64,000 nt of DNA from NCBI RefSeq assembly GCF_009914755.1, contig NC_060928.1, one strand, 5' to 3'. A model generated the notes under the pieces. The model was not told the DNA's origin. It saw only the letters and a list, made by a program, of their open reading frames with translations, and did no database searches. Below are positions 26,098 to 40,280 of the stretch, piece after piece (positions within the stretch are counted from its first letter, which is position 1; every line of letters begins with the position of its first letter). The DNA is from the human T2T-CHM13v2.0 reference genome, Homo sapiens. The translations under genes and the position numbers were made by a program.

Positions 26098-26974
26098 AGA
26101 GTGCAGCCAGGACGGGGCCAACTTGGCTCCTGGATCAAGAACTGCAGGCGGGAGCTTCAAGGCTCACCCAGGGCGTCTCAAGATTTAACCACTTAACAAG
26201 GCAGGTCCAGATAGAACTGATTTTATTTTTGAATCTCACTTATCATATTATGGTAGGGTGTTACTGAATTTTAAAAATTTCTGAGTTTAATGTTTTCTGC
26301 TAATTTCTGCTCCAAATTCAAAATAAAGAGTGCAGTTTCTTGCAACAACACTGTGGCAAGAGTGCATGAGGAGATCTCACTAGAAATAGAAAACTAACTT
26401 TACAGCTCGAAGATTAAACAAACAAAAAATACAGATGGAGGGGAACAGATATAAACCCTCCCGGTCAGCTGGTCCGGATATGGGGCGTCGCGGGTCTCAG
26501 TGCCGGGTGGCTCTCGAATTCCGGCAGCTGCAGAAGAGCAGGCAGGCAGAGCCTTTTAGAAGAGTGGCCACGTTTCCATGTATTTATTCTCTTTAGGAAG
26601 GGAAATGATAGTGCCTGCCCACCCCAGAGGCTACTGTGCTTTGGTTACATGTGGCCAAAACGTTCAACACTTTTGAGAGACGTTTTATCCCAATGTAACT
26701 GTTCATTATATCTTAGCAAGTATTTGTTTCTGATCAGCTAGGAGGAGAGGGGCCTGCAAGAGGGGCATCAAGAAGCAGCTTTCGGAGAAACCAAATGTCA
26801 GGAAACTGCTGGCAGCTGATCACAGGCCTGCCGAAGCCAAACGCCTCCTTCCCACTCTTCGCAGTGTGTCCTCGACGAGGCCAGGGGCAGAGGAGCTGGT
26901 ACACTAACAGCCTGTCATGGTGGCTCCTGGACTAAGAATGCCTTCCTGCCCTTTCATCAGACTGCATCTGATTT

Positions 26975-27097
26975 CTTTTTTTGAGGTGGGGCCTTGCTAT
27001 GTTGCTGAGGCTGGTCTTAAACTCCTGGCATCAAGCGGTCCTCTCCCCTTGGCCTCCCGAGTCGTGGGGATTCCAGCTGCATGCTACAGTGCCTGGC
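26975..27097 (-). mobile_element. FLAM/Alu monomer
   Basis: TTGCTATGTTGCTGAGGCTGGTCTTAAACTCCTGG...GTGCCTGGC. Confidence 0.8.
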
Positions 27098-30000
27098 TTC
27101 GTCTACTTTTCGTGGAGGTGGATTATGATACCAAATGAGACGTATCTAGCTTTCCTGAATATCTACTAAAAAATCCTGCCATTGAAAGAGCTTCATAAAG
27201 TGACAGAACATTTCAGCTGGAAGGGACCCTGGGAATGGCTACCCAGGCTCCATGAAGCCTCCGACTTGCCCCCTGGGGCCTTTCCTTTCTCTCAGTCTCT
27301 CCGTTTCTCATGATTTACTTGTCTGACGTTGCATTTACTGTGCCTTGGATAGGTCTGGTATGCTTAGGTGATGTTTTTAAAAAACATGTCGGATGAATAC
27401 ATGGATAATCACAGTGACCAGGTACTGAGCATAAATGATGGGCTAGGCACTGAGCTCAGTGTTTCATGTATTTTATCCTCAGTTTTTATGAAAACAAAGG
27501 AATTGAAGTATTGAGCCATTTCCTAGATGGAGGAGCCTGACATCCAGAGGTGAAGCAATTTGCTTAAAGGAATGCATGGCATTCAACAAGTATTTACTGA
27601 GCTGGTATCGTCTGCCAAGCTCTGCACGGTGCTGTGGACACAGGCAGTGAGCCAATGAGCCCCTGTTCTTACGCCAGTCATGTAGAAGGCGGAAAAGTGA
27701 AGCGGGGACAGCAGTGTTAGAGGCCCTGAACTGGCAACAAAGGAGGCACTTTTGGTTTTTCTCAATGCAGAATGTGATACGGTTAGTCTAACGTTTCAAA
27801 ACTTCCATCTGGTGGCCTGGGGAGGGGGAAGCAGAGTAGAATGAGGTGAGCCAGTCAAAAGGTGCCACAGTCCCAGCCACAGGCGGAAATAGGGATGGGG
27901 AAGAGAGAAAAAGGTGGAAACGCATTTCCTGGTAACAACGGCTTAATTCATACAGTGACAATAATTCCAGGACTTGTAAGCCCAGGAGAAGGGCAAATAA
28001 GAGATAAATTTTGGTCAGGGGCCTTTGCGCATGTCTCAGATCATATTATCTACGCGGCTGTGTGCTGAGCTGACCTGCCCAATGCTAAATGCGTCAGTCA
28101 ACGTCACTCAATAGGCGTTGCAGGGTTAGGCGGGCGGACCTGGCCAGCCAGGCTGCAATCCTCGCCACATTAATATGAAAGGCAATTGAGAGACTTTGGC
28201 CCAAACCCCCCTAAACCTTTCCAGCCGGCAAGCACCTGCAGAGAGCCTTCCCTCCCCTGCCCCCACAAACAAGGCCCTCACAGCAGCTCTGTCCTGCATT
28301 TAGGGGAACGGCTGACCCAGCTGCACTGTGTGGAAGGGCTGGCATTTGAACTCCGCTTTCAGTGGCTCCTGGGAGCTCTGTCCTATGGGCTCAGCAGCAC
28401 TGCACTTCCGGCCAGTCCAGCTCGGCCCTTCATCTCCCTGGAACAGAGAGCAGCAGCTGCGGAGACTCAACTTGGCAGGCTCAGTCTCAAGGGCCTTTGT
28501 CCAGCTCCTTTTTTCTGCCTGAAACTTTGCAGCTGTACTAAAATAACTGAAAATGGTCACTGTTGCCCCTTTATTTTTCTAAAAGCCCCTCCCCTCTCCC
28601 CTTTCCCCTGCAAGGAATTAGATGACAGCTTTAAAATCTTGTGGACAGAGGATGTTCTGTTAATATTGAGGCAAAAGCTGTCCACTAAGCAGTTTGATAG
28701 GAATCCATGTGTCTAATTAGATGCTGTGGATTCAGTATTCCTGCTCCCTGAGCGACCAACTGTGCTTCCAAGAAAGTGCCCAAGAAGAGGGTTTACCGCA
28801 GTGTCTAGTCACCAGCACAAATGCAGCTATTTATCAGGAGCCACGGGAGTGTTCAGATCTTTCGGGGGAAGGGATAAGGGGAAGGCCTGTGGGACAGGGA
28901 ACCAGCACAGTTGGGTCAGAGGTTGTCTCTGTTCTCAGCTCGCTGTGTGGCTCCGAGCAAGCCATACAAGCTCTCTGAGCTTCAGTGCTCTCCTTTGTAA
29001 ATGGACGGGTTTGGGCCAAAGTCTCTCAATTGCCTTTCATATTAATGTTTAATTGTTTTTCAAGGAAGAATTTCTATTTCCTCCACTGACCTAGAGCATT
29101 AAAAAACAAAAACAAAAACAAAAACAAAAGAGTAGTTTCCTTCTTGTTGGCTAATTCCTGCTTTCTGTTTTTAATCCATAACTCCTGTATTGAATCCCTA
29201 ATTCCCGCTTTCTATTGTTAATCGCTAACTCTCAAGGGCTGATGTGAGGCAGTCCCACCTTCCATGCGCTCCAAGAAAGGCAGAGGTCAGCGGGCCCAGC
29301 ACTGGGGCACCAACACATTCACCCTCCCCATTCCGTGCTACAGCTGTTTCCTCTGACAGCACTTCGGCAGGGTGGCCGCCCTTTCAGCTCTAGCCTTATT
29401 TAGGGAGGGAAGGGAGGTTAGTGGAAAAACATCAGTACCAACTGGCCTGCTTCTGTGACTCAACTGCCATTTGACCAAGTTCAGGGAGCTTGGAACGCAC
29501 CAGGCTCCTCGGTTACCCTTATGGTGATAGCCTTCCCTCCTAACTCAACCCCACAGGCAGCTGTTTCAACAGGACCCCTCTGCAAGACTCCTTCAACCAC
29601 ATGACGCCTTCACTGCTGTCTGCCCAGACAACTTCATTGTGTCCACCAGAAGTCGGTATGACGCAACTTCCCAGATCACACTGTGAAAGCTGCCGAGGAG
29701 CTGAGACTTTGCCTGTCTTCCCTTCAAGACAGTGCACGCCATAGTGCCTGCTGGGTCCTCGCATCTGCCCCTGCAATCCATCCCTCCTCCTGACCACCAT
29801 GGCCCATCCTCTGTATTATCCTTGTGGCATGAGCCCACACCGCTGGGACGTGAGATCTGTTGAATACATTTATCTTTGTGTGTATAGCCCCATTTAGGCG
29901 CTGTGGGGCAGGAACTAAATGAGGTATCTTTTGGCATCTCAAAATAAAACCCAACACCTTGGATATAACGGGTGCTCAATAAGGGGTGGGGGCAACTAGA

Positions 30001-30512
30001 ATGACTATTCAAATAGAAGGAATGATGGGCTCACACTGCAGGGAGCTGAGTGAGCCGCAATAGTACACAAGGAAAATGACAGCACATTCCTATAATTTCT
30101 CGAAAACGTAGCTCATCAAGTTTTCCTCCTAGGAAGAGCTGCACGGTTCTTCTGAACTTGACTGCCTAGAAGGCATTCCGGATGGAAACTCTCACCCATG
30201 TCTTCATGGAGACCACCCCACAATGCTGGATCCCCCCGGCCCACTGAGGTTCCTATGATCCTCTCACGGCCTCTTGGGTTTTCCCTCCTATCGCCAACCA
30301 GAGCCAATTATTACATACATGTTTCTGTGGTAACTGGGCTTGTACTTATCTTTTGCTACCAGACTGGAAGCCATGGGGGGCCAGGGCTGTTGTGGTCACC
30401 AAAAGGTAGCTAGCTGCTCAAAGATGACTTACTGGATGAAAGACTGACCGGGGAGATGGTCTGTGTGTTAGACTGGATTTGAAACTTCGGTTTGAGAAAT
30501 TGGTTCGGTCAT

Positions 30513-30919
30513 TGGTATAGTTTGGATATTTCTCCCCTCCAAATCTCATGTTGAAATGTGATCCCCAGTGTGGGGGGCTGGCCTGGTGGGAGGTGCTTGG
30601 GTCATGGGAGCAGATCTCTTATAAATGGCTTGCTGCCTTCCCTGTAGTAATGAGGGAGTTCTCACACCTGTGGTTCCTGCGAGATCTGATGGTTTAAAGG
30701 ACCCTGGCACCTGCTCCTCTTTCTCCTGCCATGTGACACACACCAGCTCCCCCTCTGCCCTTGCCACGAGTAAAAGCTTCCTGAGGCCTCATCACAAGCT
30801 GCGCAGATGCTGGCACCATACTTGTATAGCCTGCAGAACCATAAGCCAGATAAACCTCTCTCTTTATGAATTACCCAGCCTCAGGCATTCCTTTGGCAGC
30901 AACAGGAAAGTGACTAACA
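30513..30919 (+). mobile_element. MST-family (MaLR) solo LTR
   Basis: TATAGTTTGGATATT..CCCTCCAAATCTCATGTTGAAATGTGATCCCCA ... AATTACCCAGCCTCAGGCATTCCTTT..GACTAACA. Confidence 0.85.
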
Positions 30920-30945
30920 GTGACGTGATAAGGAAGCTTAGTTTT

Positions 30946-31112
30946 GTTTTTGTTTTTTTTTTTATACTTTAAGTTTTAGGGTACATGTGCACAATGCGCA
31001 GGTTAGTTACATATGTATACATGTGCCATGCTGGCGTGCTGCACCCATTAACTCATCATTTAGCATTAGGTATATCTCCTAATGCTATCCCTCCCCACTC
31101 CCCCCACCCCAC
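30946..31112 (-). mobile_element. Young 5'-truncated L1 3' end (L1PA2-4-like)
   Basis: TTTATACTTTAAGTTTTAGGGTACATGTGCAC...CCCCCACCCCAC; TSD CTTAGTTTT at 30937 and 31112. Confidence 0.93.
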
Positions 31113-31501
31113 TTAGTTTTATCACTTTGCCCAAGGGAAAGAACTGGCCTTAGTTCTGTAAAGGTTTTCCCATAATCCTTTCTTTACCAGCAGCCCCTGC
31201 GTATGTTGTCCTTTAAAAACACTTCCAAGGGATTTGGGGGAACTTCAGAGGATTAAAGGGAAATTTTTTTTTTTCCTTGAAAGAACCTTAGAGATCATCT
31301 AAAAGGCCTGCAAAGTCTTGTATGAATAAGAGGCAAAAATGTAAACATTTAATACATTTCCCACTATCTGAATGATTCCAAGTCCAATGCAAAAGAGCTC
31401 AAATTAACGAGCCTTGGATGAACTGGGTACCGACACCACTGCAGGAGAAAATGAAACCCACTTAGGTGCACGCTGCTCGTCTCCGGGAAGCGCAGTCTTA
31501 C

Positions 31502-31651
31502 CGCAGGTGGGAACATCTTCCTCAGCTGAGGAGGTCTGCTCGTCTGTGGACGGCTTTTTCTTTCCCAGACTGATGATCTTGGTGATTTTTTTCCCAGTGA
31601 CTTTCGACACAGTGCCCTTGGCCTCTGATTTGGAACTTTTCTTCCTCTTCA
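31502..31651 (-). CDS. AFAP1: AFAP1 coding exon (150 nt, phase 1-1): [13 protein letters not shown]...EEDVPTCG, basic Ser/Thr-rich linker
   Basis: Acceptor CTTGACAG|TG, donor GCG|GTAAGA; frame continuous with both neighbours. Confidence 0.96.
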
Positions 31652-31749
31652 CTGTCAAGAGTAACAACAGCAAAAAAGCATGTTTTAATTGTAGATATTA
31701 ATTGAAAAAAAAAACATACATCAAAACCCATTTCTTCTTTCCCTTGGCA

Positions 31750-32138
<389 letters not shown>

Positions 32139-33519
32139 TAGGAAGCTTGTAACAAGGACCACATGGAGATCTAAGATAGGGTTATGTGGAAGAGCAGCCG
32201 GGCGGTCAGAGAAAGCCTGTCCAGGAGTTGACTTAAGTTAATAATTAGCCATGCACATCTCAGGGAGAAAACCGTCCAGGTAAGAAAAACATCACTGACG
32301 CAAAAGCTGTGAGGCTGAAAGCAGCCCCAAGTGTCTGAGGAACAGAAGGCAGCTAGTGCAGCTCTGGCCTGGCTGGCAAGGGGAGGCCCAGGAAAGGAAG
32401 GGGAATTGACTCTTCCTCAGGAGCCCCTCGGCCATCTGTGAGACACCTGACTCGGCCCTATGCAGAGCTCTCAGACCAGGGGCCTGCCTTCCAGCCCCTC
32501 ATATTCGGTTTAGCCAGGACAGTGTTAAATTGGAGTTAATTTTTGAAACATAGAACTCATACACATTGTGCATAAAAATGATGCCTGGCTTCCTTTGAAA
32601 GATGGAAGTCTAGCAACTCTGGACCCGCATGTGGGCAAGCAACAGCGGCAGGACCACAGAAGCAGTCTCCATGCAGACGGGCCGGTGAGGGACAACACGG
32701 GGCGGTTCTCATCACTCCCCATCATCTCCCACGATGGAGGCCCAGAGTCAGCTGCCAGCTGGCATCCTATGTCTGCCCCATCCCGTCACTGGCACCTCTC
32801 TCCACTGCCGAGGGCTCTGTCCGTGACCTCCGGCGGAATTGCAGGGGCAGGGATCAGGCAAGAAATCAGAACGTGCGTGTGAGACAGCACCAGAACCGAG
32901 TGACAAGATCCTTTGGGCCAGAGAGCGACCCTCGGAGAAGGTGAGCTGTCTGCCCGTCTCATCTCCTGAGGGCCGTTATGTGCCCAGCACTGGAGCTGAG
33001 GGGAGGCCGGCGAGGCGCTCGGGACACAGCTGCACTGCAGGGCTCACTGGAGCTGAGGGGACAGAGAGATTCTCAGTGTCGTGGGCAAACCCCAGCGCCC
33101 GACCCTTTCCCCTTCATCTCCAGCATGAATCCCTCAACCCGCTGGCTGCGGAGATCACAGACACTTCAGAAGGTGATGAGAGTCAAGGACTCCCTCCCAC
33201 CCCCACCGCAGGAACAAATGAACCCACACACATCCCACGGAAGAACTGCAGAGGAAGAGTGGCCAGGGACACAAGACGACGCGCCCTGGCCTAACTCCTA
33301 AACCCTTCCTCTGCACACGCACACACTCACGCGCAGTCCCCTTATCCTTCCCAATCTCCGCCTCTCTCTGCTGGGGAGCGGGAAGTGGTCCTCTTTCTGC
33401 CTCCACCCTGGTGCCCCCACCACAGCCAAACACGCTAGGGCGGCAGAACATAGCCCTGGTGTCTCCTGCCTCAGGCCTTGCCCTCCCACACTCCACCCTC
33501 CCGCTTAGGTCCTGGTCCT

Positions 33520-33742
33520 ATAGCGTTAGTGCCCTTCTAAGAAGAGACGGCACAGGCACAGAAGAAAGGCCGTGTGAAGGCGCGGGAGGGGAGCCGCCTT
33601 GGAGGAAGACAGCCCTCGCTAGACACCAACCCTGGCGGCACCCGGGTCTTGGACTTCCAGCCTCCAGGGCCGTCTAAATGCATGTTGTTTCAGCCACGCA
33701 GTCTGTGGTATTCTGTTATGGCAGCCCAAGCTGACTAACGCA
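33520..33742 (+). mobile_element. MLT1-family (MaLR) LTR fragment
   Basis: CTTGGACTTCCAGCCTCCAG...GTCTGTGGTATTCTGTTATGGCAGCCC..GCTGACTAA. Confidence 0.8.
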
Positions 33743-35959
33743 ACACAGTCCCAGCATTTCTGTGTGACTTTAAACAAATCAGACTTAGGCCTCCTGTGAT
33801 ATTAGAAACAAAGAACCCAGGAATGCCACCCCCACCCCTCCTTCCACTCTCCCAACACGTACACACCCTCTTTTAAAATAAAGCGCCGAGACTGGCTTTC
33901 GATCCCTAAGTCTGAAGGCACAGCCCCTCCCAGCTACCATCAGACAGGGAGCGGCGGCTAGGACAGCTGTATCACTTCAATGTTACTTCAACCAAACCAA
34001 GAGGGACAGCAACAGCGGACGGCCCCTCCCAGCTGTTTCTGAAGACCCAGAGGAGGATGTTTCACCACAGCCGCATTCCCGTGAGCTTTACAAAGAATAA
34101 CCTGTTGGCCAGGACAGCCCGAGTGCCCGGGGCACCCTCAGAAAGGCTGGTGGAGCAAGAGGCATCCCCCACAGATAATGTGGCCCCCCCCAGAAAATGC
34201 AGCTCATCGCGGTGAGCTGGGGTGTCAGATGAACGCCCAACTTGACCGACAAAGTGCTTGCTCGACTCTGACTGCAAAGAAATGAGATCATAATTAAAAC
34301 TTGGAATTCCTTGAATACTCCCTGATCAGTTTTTTACAAAGGCAGACATATGGTAATCCTGGGGCGAAAAAATCCAAGTATATGGGAACATGAGGAGAAA
34401 ACCATCGAGAACAACTTGATGCTATGTATCAAACAAAAGGCAGAGATGAGCACAGATCACAGAACCAGGAAGAAAAACTCAACACTCAGAACGCTCAGCC
34501 CCCTGCAGCTAGAGGGTAGAAAAGCTGGAGTATCCAGGCACACGCTGGCCCATGAGGTGGGCAGGCACTGGTGCACGCCACTGGAGCAAGACTAACGCCG
34601 GGCATTCTCTAAAACCATGAGTATCATAAACCCAGAGAGTTTCCCAGTAACCGACGGAAACGGGAATTCAGGTGCTTTTTAGTATTATTATTTAGGCTAC
34701 TGGGAGGAATAGGGGCATGAGAAATTAATACTGTCAGACTATTTATTCAATGACTTTTACCAACAGACACATTCACAAATGATCACATCTTACAGATGTG
34801 AAGTGGGGCTGAGGAGCCTCACAGCCCCCAAACAGAAGGTCCCAGGACCTTCTCAGCCCACACTCCTCACACCTGCTGCAGGATCAACCATACTGTGTCG
34901 GTTTATTAGACAGGAGGGATTCCGCCTTGAGAGAAGAAACAGGAGTTCCAGAGTCGTTCCCTGTGGCTTTGACCGCATGGAGCCTGGACTGTCTCTTTCT
35001 TCATCTGAGATTCTAACACTAAGAAAAAGCTGTATGAGTTCAGGATTTTCTCTATGCAGCCCGCAGAGAAATGTGTCTGAGTTACCACATGGCTGGGATA
35101 AAAGGAGCTTAACTCAAATCTCTCAGGTGCAAACTGGTCAAGAGTGAGAGGCAAGGATAAAAGCTAAGAGAGAAGGTTAGAATGTACTTCAACCTTAACT
35201 TTCTCCAGTAACTACCGAGCGTCTGCTACATGCAAAGCACCATGCCAGACAAAAAGAAAATGTGTAAACCAAGGTCACCACCGTTTAATTCCAAAGCATA
35301 GAAGGTTGTTCTTGTTAAGAGGAAACAGGAGAATTTTAAATACAGATACATTTGCTTACAAGTGCATCCAGACACACATATTATTCTGTAGAACCTAATA
35401 GATGCACTGGGAGAAGAAACAGCAAACCAGAAAATGAACCAACCAAACCAACGTCTGCTGTGCCTCAACTTCTAAGCAGGAACATTGAGATTGTATGTTA
35501 TTTTATTTCAGGGCAAAACTTAAAGATAGCTTTCCTGGTTTTGATTACACATAATGTGTGCCCTGTGGAAGACACAGATAATACTTTCCACTGAATAACT
35601 TCCGATGGACAGAACCAAAATTGCACTCAGATAGGACAGACTTAGAAAACCACATATGAAAAAAGTGGGTATCGTGACCTCTGAGAGTGAACTCTGTAAT
35701 GTCATAACAGTCCAGATTCTTTGAGCTCCAAGATTCTTAGTGGGCTGGATTGCTACTTGGTTTAAGGTGATTTCACCACAGAGACAGGAAACACTTGGCT
35801 CCCTCCAGGAGTGGGCAGGTGGATTTGGGTGGTTGGATTACTCAGCTGAGCAGCCAAGGTCACAGGTTCAATGAGCAAACAGGCTGTCTGGTTTTGCAGT
35901 GGGAACTCTCCCTCCACAGCCACAAGTCCTGCCCTTCACCTCCGTCCACATACTGCTAA

Positions 35960-37330
35960 GGAAAATTAAAAGTCCAGCCACAGATTGGGAGACTATACAT
36001 CCAAAACACATCTGATAAAGGACTTGTATTCAGAAAAGACAAAGAACTCTCAAAACTCAATAAGCACAAATAATCCAATAAAAATATGAGCAAAATATCT
36101 GGAGACATTTCACCAAAGAAGATATACTGATGGCACATAAACATATTTAAAAATGTTCAACATTGTTAGTTATTAGGGAAATGCAAATTAAAACACAATC
36201 ACATACCACTACACCCCTATTAAAATGGCTCAAATAGAAAGAACAAAACAAAAGTGACAATACTGAGGCTGGAGAGAAGCCTATGACCAAGCAATCCACT
36301 CCTAGGTATTTACCCGAGGGAAATGAAAACATATGTCCACGCAAAAACCTGTCTCTGAATGCACAGAACAGATTTTTCAACCGTCGCTCCAAAGTGGAAA
36401 CAGCTCAAATGTTCTTCAAGAGGTGAATAGGCTGACTACGGTCCATCCACACAGTGGAATGCCTCCAGCAGCAGCAAAGAACCAACTAGTGACACTAGCC
36501 ACAAACACGGACGACTCTCCGACGCAGCGTGCTGAGTGAAAGAAGCCACACTCAAAAGTCTGCAACCGAGATGCTTCCACGTTATGACATTCTGGTAAAG
36601 GATAAGAAACAGATCAGCAGCTGCCAGGGCCTCGGGTAGAGGCAGAGGCAGAAGGGGGAGAAAGAGCACAGGGGCTGGGGGGTTAGAGCCGTGCTCCGTG
36701 TCTTGATTGTGGTGATGGTTCTGTGCCTGTCAGTGTTTGTCAAAACTCACCAACAGTATGGCAAACAGGGTGAATTTTATGGCATTTAATTTCTGTCTCC
36801 AGAAAGCTGGCCTGAAAAAGTAAGACAGGCTTATTTGCACATCCATGCTCACGGCAGCATCTTTCACACTAGCCCGAAGGTGGGAACCACCCAAGTGTTC
36901 ATCGACAGATAAATGGGAAAACAAAATGTGGTCCATCTATCCAATGGAATATTATTCAGCCTTAAAAAGGAAAGAAATTCTGACACAGGCCACACCACAG
37001 ATGAACCTTAAGCACATGGAACTAAGTGGAATAAGCACTCACAGAAGGACACGGCCTGTAGGACTCCACTTCAATGAGGTCCCTAGAGGAGTCAGATTCA
37101 TGAGACAGGAAGCAAAATCGGGTGCCAGGGGCTGGGGGAGGAGGGAATGGGGAGTCAGTGTTTAAAAGGGACAGAGCTTCGCTCTTGCAACATTAAAAGA
37201 GTTCTGGAGACTGATGGCGGTGATGACAGTACAATATAAATGTACTTAATGCACTGAACTGTACACTGAGACATGGTTAATATGGTATATTTTATATTAT
37301 GTATATTTTTATATAATGTACATTTTTAAA
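35960..37330 (+). mobile_element. Old L1 (L1M) ORF2/3' UTR fragments
   Basis: GGGAAATGCAAATTAAAAC, GCAATCCACTCCTAGGTATTTACCC, ATGGAATATTATTCAGCCTTAAAAAGGAA. Confidence 0.8.
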
Positions 37331-37905
37331 AATGTTTCAAATGAAGGCAAAATAAAGACATTTTCAGAAAATCATTTTTAAGAACCTCAGAAATCGGCAG
37401 GTCTGGCCTCCTCATTTTAAAGATGGGGAAACTGAGGCTCATCAAGAGGGAATACCTGCTCAAGATCATGGGGCTCAGCAAAGGCAGAGCTTGAATGGGA
37501 AAGTGGGTTTCTTGCCTCATTATCCAAAGTGCTTTTCACTGGACACCAGGTCCCTAAGCAACATGCCGGCTGCTCACCAATGCAAATTTGTCTCAGTGAC
37601 AGATCGAGTGAAGAAATAACCAGCTGTGAGTCATAAGTTCAAAACATATGCAGGGCAGAAAAAGACAACAGATGGCAACCTCGGCCAAGGTCTGGCAGGA
37701 TGGAAAAAGAAGACCTGCAGGGTTGATGTTAACCAAAGGGTTTTCCGGCACTCCCATCAGTATCCTCTGCCATGATGACGATATCTACACATCTGAATCA
37801 CCCAGGACATTTTTCGTACAATCAGACTTTACAAACCTGGCTGTAGATTTTTGTTTTTGTTTTTTTTTTTAGTGTATATATGTTTTTGGCACAAGCAGAA
37901 CTCAC

Positions 37906-37987
37906 CTTGCTCCTTTCCATTACATGTGGTAATTCCATTTTCCACAACACCCTCCCCATCTGAGCTGGGTCTCTCTGAAGACAGTTT
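37906..37987 (-). CDS. AFAP1: AFAP1 coding exon (82 nt, phase 0-1): [27 protein letters not shown]; includes Ser277 (reported PKC-dependent phosphosite)
   Basis: Acceptor CCTTACAG|AAA, donor AAG|GTGAGT; 27 codons + 1 nt. Ser277 placed by counting along my recalled protein sequence. Confidence 0.96.
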
Positions 37988-39208
37988 CTGTAAGGAGAAA
38001 AAGATTAAGTTATTCTTACAGTGGTCACTTGGACCCAGTGATGTGTGATGGATCAACCAAAAGTTATCTCAAAAGTGAAAGAAAACACAGGCCAAATTCA
38101 TAGCAATCCAGAAGTGGTTAGAGCTTAACTATAACAAAGACTGGCTGGTTAGGTGGCCACAACCGCTTTAAAAACATCCAGAGGGGGAAAAAAAAAGAAA
38201 AACCTCACTGAGGCTATAATTATACTAACCTATATATATACTGTCTCATGCCTATTTCATTCAAATCACTTCTTGTAAATGATTTTGAAAAAAATATTAT
38301 GATTACAAAAAATATTTCCCTCACCAAGCCATATTATCCTCGCAGAAGTAAATATTCCATAGTCCATTTAATTTCTTCCTGTCATTCACCAATAATTAAT
38401 TGGGTGAGTGTCAAGTATCTGCTTGTAACAATACACTCAGAATGTACACAGAGTGAGGGCAAGGTTGCTATCAAAACCCTTGGAGGGGGATGGGGGACTG
38501 TCACTATCTCAGTCCTAACGTCTGGATTTAATGAGTAATTAGGATTCCACGTCAGTATCTGAATGAGGTAGAGTGTTTACAGCTAGACCCCTTCCATTGC
38601 CACCCAAGAACCTGTGGGGTCATAGCGGAGGGAGTGGCCTCCAAACACCGTCCTCAGAGCCTGTGCCTTCCACGAGGGCCTTGGAGACTGGGACACAGAT
38701 GAGATATGTGAGCAGTTCCCAGGCACAAAGGAACATGTGTGTTCAACTCGGAATTCGAGGGGCAATCCCTTAAGAGCTGCAGTGAAGAAACCAGTGCCAC
38801 TTAGTGGGAAGCTGAGTTCCAGGGATACAATGACCTAGAGCTGGCACCGCCCTGGCTCTCACACCAGGAACAGCTGGGGGAATCCAGGGCAACAGGTCCA
38901 GCCAGGTGCTCACGGTACTGCCTTAGAAACCAACATAAGTAAAGCAGAATTGCCAATTCTGGTGTGAGTGCGTGGATGAGGAACTTGGATGCAGTATGGT
39001 GGGAAATAAAATTGCATCAACCTTTTGGGAAAGCAATTTGATTTTCAACATGAATCGAGATCTTAAAAAAGAAAAAGAGGTCTATCCTTTGGTCTAGTAA
39101 TTCAGCTTCCAGAAATCTATTCTCAGGTAATAGGCAGAGAATCAGCAAAAATTATGCAAAAGATGTCAAGTACTATTTTATTTTAGATGGCCAAAAAAGG
39201 ACAAAACA

Positions 39209-39505
39209 GGACAGGTACGGTGGCTCACACCTGTAATCCCAGCACTTTGGGAGGCCAAGGCAGATGTATCACGAGGTCAGGAGTTCGAGACCAGCCTGAC
39301 CAACATGGTGAAACCCCCGTCTCCACTAAAAATACAAAAATTAGCCAGGCTTGGTGGAATCCCAGTTACTCAGGAGGCTGAGACAGGAGAATGACTTGAA
39401 CTCAGGAGGTGGAGGCTGCAGTGAGCCAAGATGGTGCCATTGCACTCCAGCCTGGGCAACAAGGGCAAAACTCCATCTCAGAAAACAAACAAAAAGACAA
39501 AACAA
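39209..39505 (+). mobile_element. Alu (AluS-type) with a small internal deletion
   Basis: Alu consensus; right arm lacks GCGCGCGCCTGT. Confidence 0.92.
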
Positions 39506-39917
39506 AAGGACAAAACAACTAATGGGGGGGGGCAGTTACATAAGTGATAATGGAGTCATACAAATTTGACATTAAGCTAATGAAAATGTAAAAATGTTTG
39601 TGGCTTAAGAGTTGTTAAAAACCTGGAAATTTGCTAATAATATAAAGGTTAAGTAAAAAAAAAAAAAAGCAGTATAAGAAACTTTATGCATAAGCTTATC
39701 CAAACCATTAAAAAAAAACCTTGAACTCAGGAAAGAGTGGTTAATATATCAGTAGTGTTAAGACGAGCTGCATCCTCTATGTGCTGTTGTAATGAGTGAC
39801 TTTTTTCATCCCATTTATGTTTCTATGAGCTTTCTGAATTTTCTAAAGTGAGCAGAGATTAGTTTTGTAGTCAAGGAGAAAAACAGCCTGTTCCATTACG
39901 GTATGAGGATGAGGACT

Positions 39918-40280
39918 GTGATGTTTAATTTCACGTGTCAATGTGGGGGGCATCTGGGGATGAGATTAACATTTAAATTAGGGAGCTGTGAGTAAGCAGC
40001 CTGCCCTCTGTAATGTGGGTGGGCCTCCTCCAATCATTTCAGGGCCTCAGTGGAAGAAAAACACTGTCCTCCCTGAGCCAGTGAAATCTCCCTAAATTCC
40101 TGCAGACGCCTTCACACTTCACCTGCAACATCGGCTCTCCTGGGTCTCCGCCTGCGGCCCACACTGCAGGTTTCAGACTTGCAGGCTCCATAATCATGTG
40201 AACCAATGCCTTCTAAGAAATCTGCTTCTACATACATACATCCCATTAATTCTGTTCCTCTGGAGAATCCTGACTCATAT
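39918..40280 (+). mobile_element. MLT2-family (ERVL) LTR
   Basis: GATGAGATTAACATTTAAAT..TAATGTGGGTGGGCCTC..CAATCA and TCTGTTCCTCTGGAGAATCCTGACT. Confidence 0.78.

Noticed and set aside
34066-34300. Strong-looking acceptor (TCATTTCTTTGCAG at 34272) as an extra AFAP1 exon
   Set aside because: Only weak donors follow, and the required phase-1 frame reaches TGA after about 15 codons. Such pseudo-acceptors are common.
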